Origin: Planctomycetota bacterium
GTDB taxonomy: Bacteria; Planctomycetota; GCA-002687715; DRQF01
Assembly: GCA_036479435.1 (NCBI GenBank)
Contig: JAZGFI010000024.1
Coordinates: 1-12,556, forward strand
Length of the DNA stretch: 12,556 nucleotides
Reading direction: 5' to 3'
Part shown: positions 1 to 5,843 of the stretch, piece by piece
How positions within the stretch are numbered: position 1 is the stretch's first letter
Layout: every line of letters begins with the position of its first letter
The notes under the pieces: model-generated
Told to the model about the DNA's origin: nothing
What the model saw: the letters and a program-made list of their open reading frames with translations, nothing else
Database searches by the model: none
Made by a program: the position numbers and the translations under genes

Positions 1-1
1 T

Positions 2-74
2 GTCGCGGTAGGGACCTCGGTCACCCGAGGCCCCCCGCACAGATCCCAGCGAGCGGAATTATCGCACTGGGCTC
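2..74 (-). ncRNA. Group II intron catalytic domain V and branch-point domain VI
   Basis: D5 reads GAGCCCAGTGCG-ATAATTC-CGC-TC-GCTGGGATC, with an AGC triad and a 2-nt bulge. D6 reads GCGGGGGGCCTCGGGTGACCGAGGTCCCT-A-CCGC, with a bulged A, followed by terminal GAC. Confidence 0.92.
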
Positions 75-79
75 CTGCC

Positions 80-1399
80 TTAGGTAATGACGCACAGGCG
101 TTGTTCCGGGTAGGGGTGGAAGATTTCCGGCCATGGAAGCCACTTCTTCACGATTCGGTTCATCCGTTTCCAGTGGAGGCGTGTCTTGTGGCTGCGCCGT
201 CGCAAGACGGTTCGCCAGCGATTCGTGATCTCATCACGAAACAGCCTCATGGAGTAGTGATTGCCGGGCACTCCGTAGTACCGGTAGTGTCCAAGCAATA
301 CGGATCTTAGCCACGCTCCGGTCTCTTTGATCGGAGCGTGCATGCGCGTTCGCAGGTCTACTGCCATCTCTGCCAGTTTCTTGCGCATGCGCTTGCTAAT
401 CGTGCGACGCGTCACCTTAAAATTTCCATGCCTCGTCTTGTCGCAGATATGCGTAAAGCCGAGGAAGTCGAAAGTTTCAGGCTTTCCCTCGCCACGCTCC
501 ATGTGATTCTGCGCCGCAAATCGGCCGAATCGGATGAGGCCTGTCTTATCAGGGTGCAGCTCCAAGGAAAATTCCTTAAACCGTACCTTGAGGTCTGCGA
601 GGAATTTCATGGCATCGCCTTTGTTTTGGAATCCCACGACAAAATCATCAGCGTAGCGGACGATGATCACGTCCCCTGTCGTTTTCCGATTCCGCCATTG
701 GTCGGCCCAAAGATCGAAGACATAGTGCAGATAGATGTTCGCAAGCAGTGGACTAATAATCCCTCCTTGCGGCGTTCCTTCTGCGGCCTTCGACACCTTG
801 CCCTTTTCCAGCACGCCAGCATTCAGCCACTTTTTAACGTGTCGATGGATTCTCTTGTCCGAAATCCGGTGCTCGATGAATCGCAGTAGCCATTCGTGTG
901 ATATCGCATCGAAAAATCCCGCGATATCAGCGTCGAGCACCCAGCTTACTTTTCTCCGACGAAGACCGACCGAGACCGCGTCCAGCGCGTTGTGCGCACT
1001 GCGGCCGGGACGAAAACCGTAAGAGAAACCTCGGAAGTCATGCTCATAGATAGCGTTCATCACTTCGACCGTAGACCGCTGGACGATCTTGTCCTCCAGC
1101 GCTGGAATTCCAATCGGGCGAGCCCGACCAGCGGCCTTAGGGATGTGCGTTCTACGAACCGGCTTCGCTCGGTACGCTCCGCGCTTCAATCGCTCCGAAA
1201 GGTCATGAAGGTTGGCCTCCAGATCCTCTCGATACGAGTACCATGTCTCACCGTCGACCCCCGCAGATGCTTTTCGCTTAAGGGCGAAAAACGATGACCG
1301 CAGACGGTTAACGTTGTAAACGTGGTGCCAGAGCGTCGTAAACTTCTCCACCTCTCCTTTTCGCGCCACCTGTCGTATTCGATCCAACGCAAGTTGCAA
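80..1399 (-). CDS. ltrA: Group II intron-encoded reverse transcriptase/maturase (RT + X domain, no HNH endonuclease)
   Basis: Motifs AGVDG, HIPK..GRARPIGIP..EDKIVQ, SYGFRPGRS, DADIAGFFD, GTPQGGIISPLLANIYL, RYADD and FDFLGF are present. The ORF ends just before D5. The frame is open from 1660, but 1660-1420 overlaps ribozyme domains, so TTG at 1399 (LQLALDRIRQ) is the more likely start. ATG at 1564 is an alternative. Confidence 0.95.
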   Translation of the reverse strand: MQLALDRIRQVARKGEVEKFTTLWHHVYNVNRLRSSFFALKRKASAGVDGETWYSYREDLEANLHDLSERLKRGAYRAKPVRRTHIPKAAGRARPIGIPALEDKIVQRSTVEVMNAIYEHDFRGFSYGFRPGRSAHNALDAVSVGLRRRKVSWVLDADIAGFFDAISHEWLLRFIEHRISDKRIHRHVKKWLNAGVLEKGKVSKAAEGTPQGGIISPLLANIYLHYVFDLWADQWRNRKTTGDVIIVRYADDFVVGFQNKGDAMKFLADLKVRFKEFSLELHPDKTGLIRFGRFAAQNHMERGEGKPETFDFLGFTHICDKTRHGNFKVTRRTISKRMRKKLAEMAVDLRTRMHAPIKETGAWLRSVLLGHYRYYGVPGNHYSMRLFRDEITNRWRTVLRRRSHKTRLHWKRMNRIVKKWLPWPEIFHPYPEQRLCVIT

Positions 1400-1947
1400 C
1401 TCGTCCTGGTCCTGAGTCCAGAAGCTGCTTTGTTGGCCCGAATTCCCCTTGGCCAAATCCCTTTCCTCCACCGACTCCGCCGTGGATGGCGCGCCACCCA
1501 CTTTGTTCGCCAGCTTCTTAGGTACTACGGATTTGTCCGACTTCCCGCCTTCGTTCACCACCATCGTGCCCCCTTGGGGTTCAAAGTGCGGACCGGCAGA
1601 GTAAACTCTGCTGGCCAAAGACGGGATCTCCCGATTCCCGCGCAGAAAGCGTCTGTCCATGCATGGGGTCTAAGACCCCGCGGGGTTCTAAAGTCGCTTG
1701 CCAATGCGCGACCCTCGATGTTGCGTTCCGAATCACCGTACGTCGTCCGCACCCCGAACAAGATTTCGTGGCTCAATACCCAGCCTGGACTTTCCCCTGT
1801 CAACGCTTCGCCCTCGGGCGCGATCGTTACCACGCTCCGGCTGCCCTTGCGGGCGAGGGCGCATGACTCGGGGCCACCACGGGTGGCTAACCCTTTAGTG
1901 TAAGGCTCTTTCATCCTCTGCTTTCTGCCGGTTTTAATCGGCGCATC

Positions 1948-2020
1948 ACGGAGTCAGACTAAATTCTCCCGCTTTTTTAGGTCTGACCTAAAAAAGCGGG
2001 AGAATTTAGTCTGACGCCGT
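1948..2020. repeat. Perfect palindrome with 31-bp arms (1953-1983 and 1985-2015) and a 1-nt centre; REP/REPIN-like
   Basis: GTCAGACTAAATTCTCCCGCTTTTTTAGGTC-T-GACCTAAAAAAGCGGGAGAATTTAGTCTGAC. It extends by 4 more bp after one mismatch (ACGG 1948-1951 with CCGT 2017-2020). Confidence 0.95.
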
Positions 2021-2024
2021 ACGG

Positions 2025-3296
2025 TTAGTTTTTCAGCATTTTCTCGAGGCGGTCTAAGCCGCGCTCGACGTCGGCGTAGGGGGGGCCGAAAGAAAAACGC
2101 ATCCAGCTTTTGAAGGGGCCCGCTCGGTCGTCGCCGCGGATCTTGCCGGGATTGATGTCGAAGAAGGGACCAGGCACAGTCATGACTTTTTCTTCAAGGG
2201 CTCGACGGTAGAAGGTCTCCGCATCGTTGAAGGGCTCTGGCAGTTGGTCAAGGCAGCCAAAGACGTAAAACGTGCCGCGTGACTCGTTGGCAAAGGTCAC
2301 GCCCATTTTGCGCAGTCTATCCACCATCAAGTTGCGTTTTTTCGCGAAGTTCACGCGCACAGCTTGCGTTTCGCGGTCGGCACGATCTGCTTCGAGGACC
2401 CCGAGTGCGGCGCGCTGGACCACGCGACTCGGGCCACCATCGAGCGAACTACCGGCGGTGACGAAGCACTCAATCATTTCTTTCGGACCGAGGACCCATC
2501 CCAAGCGCCAACCCGGATAACGAAAACACTTGGTCAAGCCGTCAAACAACAAGATCGGATCGGCGTTCACGTCTTCGACGAAACTCGCGACACTCACCGC
2601 TTCTGCACCCGGCCCGCCGTCATCACCGTAGATGAAGTGCGAGTAAAACTCATCGTGCAAGATGGTTAGATCCCGGCGACGCGCCACGTCGGTCCAGGCC
2701 TTTAGGTGCTCGCCACTAACCACCGCACCGGTCGGATTGCAGGGGTTGCTGATCAAAAAAGCATCGAGGTCGAACTTGACGGCAGCCTCGTCCAAAGCCT
2801 TCGCAGAGAGGCTGAAACCCTCCTCGACCTTGGTCATAAGAGGGATCGGCTCACAACGGTGCATGTGCGCCTCGAGCATATCCTCGTAGGCGCTATAGTC
2901 CGGCACTTGATAGGCAATCTTGCCCTTACCGAGCGCAAAGACCGCTCGGGACAAGGCGAGTCGACCTCCCGAGGCTACGGCGACGTTCTCGGCCGTGTAC
3001 TGCGATGCCTTGCCTTGGCGAAAAAGGCGGTTGTAGTGAGCGGCAATCTTTTCGCGCAATTCCTGCGTCCCGTGAATAGGACCGTAGGCGTGATCTTCGG
3101 GCTTGATCGTAAAGTCAGTCCAGCGCTCTGGCGCACCCTCCATCTCACCAACCTCAGGCTGGCCTTGGCCCAAGTTGATCCAGTCCGGGTGACCGTTCCA
3201 AAAGCCAAGTTTCTCGGCGTCGGCCACTACGGCGATGACCCCCATATAGGGCAACAAGCGAAGTCCGTGGCGACGTGTTTCTGAAGTCTGAGCCAT
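2025..3296 (-). CDS. PLP-dependent aminotransferase, class I/II
   Basis: Motifs INLGQGQP, YGPIHGTQELREKIA, SNPCNPTG, DEFY, the PLP lysine in GLTKCFRYPGWRLGW, VMTVPGPFF and WMRFSFG. Confidence 0.93.
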   Translation of the reverse strand: MAQTSETRRHGLRLLPYMGVIAVVADAEKLGFWNGHPDWINLGQGQPEVGEMEGAPERWTDFTIKPEDHAYGPIHGTQELREKIAAHYNRLFRQGKASQYTAENVAVASGGRLALSRAVFALGKGKIAYQVPDYSAYEDMLEAHMHRCEPIPLMTKVEEGFSLSAKALDEAAVKFDLDAFLISNPCNPTGAVVSGEHLKAWTDVARRRDLTILHDEFYSHFIYGDDGGPGAEAVSVASFVEDVNADPILLFDGLTKCFRYPGWRLGWVLGPKEMIECFVTAGSSLDGGPSRVVQRAALGVLEADRADRETQAVRVNFAKKRNLMVDRLRKMGVTFANESRGTFYVFGCLDQLPEPFNDAETFYRRALEEKVMTVPGPFFDINPGKIRGDDRAGPFKSWMRFSFGPPYADVERGLDRLEKMLKN

Positions 3297-3330
3297 TCTT
3301 TTTTCCGTTTTGGTCTAGTCGTGAAGCCGA

Positions 3331-3360
3331 AGTGTATACCGATGGCCGACCTGGCGTCGA
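3331..3360 (-). promoter_or_regulatory. Possible sigma70-type promoter for the aminotransferase
   Basis: Minus strand TCGACG (3360-3355), an 18-nt spacer, then TACACT (3336-3331), within the 83-bp gap upstream of ATG 3296. Confidence 0.3.
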
Positions 3361-3379
3361 CGCCACCGCATTTTCGATA

Positions 3380-4216
3380 TTAGTAGCGCCGAAGGATGCC
3401 CTCTTCGAGGAGGCTATCAACGAAAGACCTCAGGACCGCGGGCTCGGCCCCAAGATCTTTTGAAAAGGCATCAAAATCGCTGGCGGGCAAGCCACCTTGT
3501 GTTCGCGTTAAGAGCAAGGCCACGCCCGGTTCCAAGACCTCGATAGACACCTCGGGGAAAGTGAAAGCAGACGGCGTCTCACATTTTCGCAGTAAGAGCT
3601 TCTCGCTGGCTTCATCGCCAGTCGGGGGCGCGGGGACTTGGGTTTGGACTTGGTCAGCCGGAATTTTGATCGCGGCTTCCAGAGAGATTTTGAGCGCCGC
3701 GGCCCAAGCGGCCGTACCGTCCGGGAACTCACCTAAGCGTGCAGAGCCATCGAGAATGACACCCGGCCCTCTAAGCCCTTCGCGCATTTTTGGCAGCTCA
3801 CGCCGGTGAAGCGCCATCGCGCCTTCAAGTTTCAAAAGCAAGCGCGTTGCGGGCAATTCCATCGAGTCTAGTTGTCGCGCGGAAAAGGAAACAAAGGCGA
3901 GGGGAAGGCTCTCATCGCGCATGATCGCGTCGTGAAACTCCGTCGATGAAAAAAAGCCCTTTCCAAGACTGTGCCCCTGTCGATCCGCCATCGTGGCCGA
4001 CAGAACAAACTCCTTCAAGATGTTGCCCAAGCACTGAGTCCGGCGACGGTTGTTCTTGTCGGCCGCGACCGCGCGAGGATCGACCTTTTCGAACAAGCTC
4101 CATTCAACATCGCCAAACGCGGCTACGGCATCACACTCGCCGGCGATGACGCGCGCGGCAAAGCGATGGTCGAACTGCATGCGAAACAGCACCCGTTGTA
4201 CGACACGATAGTTCAC
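3380..4216 (-). CDS. Putative MNIO partner protein (helical N-terminus, possible C-terminal winged-helix/RRE-like domain)
   Basis: 278 aa. The GTG start overlaps the DUF692 stop (TAGTG at 4218-4214). Size and position match MNIO partner genes. The C-terminus (AVLRSFVDSLLEEGIL) has a wHTH-like pattern. Function is inferred from context. Confidence 0.7.
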   Translation of the reverse strand: MNYRVVQRVLFRMQFDHRFAARVIAGECDAVAAFGDVEWSLFEKVDPRAVAADKNNRRRTQCLGNILKEFVLSATMADRQGHSLGKGFFSSTEFHDAIMRDESLPLAFVSFSARQLDSMELPATRLLLKLEGAMALHRRELPKMREGLRGPGVILDGSARLGEFPDGTAAWAAALKISLEAAIKIPADQVQTQVPAPPTGDEASEKLLLRKCETPSAFTFPEVSIEVLEPGVALLLTRTQGGLPASDFDAFSKDLGAEPAVLRSFVDSLLEEGILRRY

Positions 4217-5112
4217 TACGGTGAATCGCCAGCGACCAAGGGAAACGCATCGGCGAGGCGGCCGAAGATCGGTAAAACTTCATCGATTCGATTGTGTTCG
4301 CACTCAAAGGCGACGGCTTTAAGGTTCGTCGATCGCGCCAAAGCCAGCTCGAAGAGTTGCCAGGATGCCTCTAATATCTCGACGCCATGATCGTCTTCGA
4401 AAAAAGTGCGGCCCTGAAAATCGAAACTGCTTCCGCCAGCGATATGCAGCTCGGTCACGCGCTCCCAGGGAAAGCCGTCGACTCCATCGGTCAAGTCGAA
4501 ACCCATCACTTTTTGGTAGACACAAAGGTGGGATACGTCGAGCAACATGCCGGTGTCCGCTTGTTCCAGAAGCTGGGCAAAGTAGTCCAGCAGGTGGAGG
4601 TCACCCAGATAAAGGTGCGCCGGCGGGTTTTCGGGCAGAACTTCGAAACCGGTGGCAGCTCTAATCGCCCGCACGCCGCGCGCCATCTCAGCGGCTGATT
4701 CTGTACAGAGAATGGGAGGCATCAGCGTACCGTGCCCATGATCACGACGACCGATATGCCACAAGCCAGCATCACCGCAAAGCCAATGCGCTTTCAAGTC
4801 CGTCGCGAGCGTCGCCGTCTCGGCGAGCCATGCCTTCGGCAAATCGTCAGACTCTTCGAGATTGACGTCGAGGAAATGGTAGGTCGTCGGCAGGCCCTTC
4901 TGAATCCACTCCAAGGTATCGAGGTCAACGCCCCGCTCGAGGTCGCAGCCAACTTCTAAGAAATGAACTAGATTCGAGTGCTCGCGGGAAAGCCGGTTGA
5001 TGTCGAGGCCATCGCTGCGAGCGCCGAACTCAGTTGAAATACCAGTACCGAGCCGGGGTAGTTTTTGGGCTCGACGCAGAAAATCCAAGTTAACTTCGCC
5101 TTTAGTCACCAT
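4216..5112 (-). CDS. DUF692-family multinuclear non-heme iron-dependent oxidative enzyme (MNIO; MbnB/TglH/ChrH superfamily)
   Basis: Ordered motifs LGTGIS, FLEV, YH, LMPP, ENPP, MLLDVSH, FPWERVTELHIAGG, EDDH, SWQL and AVAFE. ATG 5112 overlaps the upstream stop (TGATG), so it is preferred over the track's start at 5139; 298 aa. Confidence 0.88.
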   Translation of the reverse strand: MVTKGEVNLDFLRRAQKLPRLGTGISTEFGARSDGLDINRLSREHSNLVHFLEVGCDLERGVDLDTLEWIQKGLPTTYHFLDVNLEESDDLPKAWLAETATLATDLKAHWLCGDAGLWHIGRRDHGHGTLMPPILCTESAAEMARGVRAIRAATGFEVLPENPPAHLYLGDLHLLDYFAQLLEQADTGMLLDVSHLCVYQKVMGFDLTDGVDGFPWERVTELHIAGGSSFDFQGRTFFEDDHGVEILEASWQLFELALARSTNLKAVAFECEHNRIDEVLPIFGRLADAFPLVAGDSP

Positions 5113-5708
5113 CAGCTCGACACGCGGCTTCGCACCCAAGGCACCGGCTTGGCGTCGGCGAGAATCGCCGGCGGCAAGGACCGCGTCGCGCGTTCGATAT
5201 CGGCTGCGAATATCTGACCTACAGATTCAGCTGCCGCTTGAACCAAGTCGCGATAACTCGCGGGCACAATGTCTTTTCCCTGTCGAGGGTGATCGACGCG
5301 CAATTCCTCAAGGGCCGCGTAGGCCACGACCGGCGCGTCGGTTTCAACATCCAATAGGCGATCGCCGACTTCGATACGTTCGTAGCCAATCTCACGGCGG
5401 TCGAGCCGAAACAAATCCTCGTGAGTTACGGCAAACAAAATGCCCGGAAGATGACTACCCGGCGCCTCATCGATATCGAGATACAAAAGCCGTTCGGGGA
5501 ATCTCAAACCACCGGCATAGTTTTGCACCGCGAAACCGTCGTTCACGGCGGCGGCGCGATAGGCCCGACGAAATCCGTCCAAGCGGCAAACGCGAGCGGG
5601 ACCCTCGTAGCGACGGCCGAGGCTGGACGAGAGGCTCTCACGTGACAACAGAGCCCCGTAGGCGAAAAGCCCAATCTCGTGGTCTTCAATGTGAATTCGA
5701 CTTTGGAT
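5112..5708 (-). CDS. Gamma-glutamylcyclotransferase-fold (GGCT/AIG2/ChaC-like) protein
   Basis: Reading in frame upstream of the called TTG at 5648 gives IGLFAYGALLS, the N-terminal FxYGxL motif. LDGFRRAY, GILFAV, LDRREIGYER (catalytic Glu position) and PASYRDLV are also present. The start is placed at ATC 5708, 6 nt after AGGAG (5719-5715); an in-frame TGA lies at 5723-5721. Confidence 0.8.
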   Translation of the reverse strand: MQSRIHIEDHEIGLFAYGALLSRESLSSSLGRRYEGPARVCRLDGFRRAYRAAAVNDGFAVQNYAGGLRFPERLLYLDIDEAPGSHLPGILFAVTHEDLFRLDRREIGYERIEVGDRLLDVETDAPVVAYAALEELRVDHPRQGKDIVPASYRDLVQAAAESVGQIFAADIERATRSLPPAILADAKPVPWVRSRVSS

Positions 5709-5843
5709 GCTAATCTCCTGTCACCCACCAAGGGCACAATGCCTTGGTTTCAGGCAAGGGGGACTTGTTTCCAGCCCGGCCTTAGACCTGGCGAAGGCCG
5801 CCCGGTCCGAATTGTCCTACGGCGCTTTGGTAACTCAGACTCC

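Larger units (their letters stand above)
2..1946 (-). mobile_element. Group II intron, full length (IIB-type 3' end; resembles bacterial class E/F, not class C)
   Basis: Minus strand starts ATGCGCCGATTAAAACCGGCAG at 1946 (GUGYG-like). A domain III-like block (GGAAGTCGGAC...GTAGTACC...GGAAAGGG) lies at about 1450-1545. The RT ORF is in domain IV, D5 is at 74..42, and D6 ends ...CCCTACCGCGAC at position 2 (AY terminus, bulged A at position 9, 8 nt from the end). The class call is by resemblance only. Confidence 0.93.

Noticed and set aside
80..1660. RT as a retron, DGR, CRISPR-associated or defence RT
   Set aside because: It is embedded in a complete group II ribozyme and has a typical maturase domain.
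1555..1914. 119-aa minus-strand ORF (MKEPYTKGLAT...) and other ORFs in 1322-1914
   Set aside because: They overlap the structured intron RNA domains I-III and are incidental open frames.
1947..2030. Hairpin as an integron attC site or intrinsic terminator
   Set aside because: There is no proper RYYYAAC/GTTRRRY pair, no extrahelical bases, no integrase in view and no U-tract after the stem.
3315..3371. 18-aa minus-strand ORF MRWRRRQVGHRYTLRLHD as a possible MNIO precursor
   Set aside because: It has no RBS and no Cys or leader-like features, and it overlaps a promoter-like motif.
5543..5737. 64-aa ORF containing CC as a possible precursor peptide
   Set aside because: It overlaps the conserved GGCT N-terminus in another frame and has no evident RBS.
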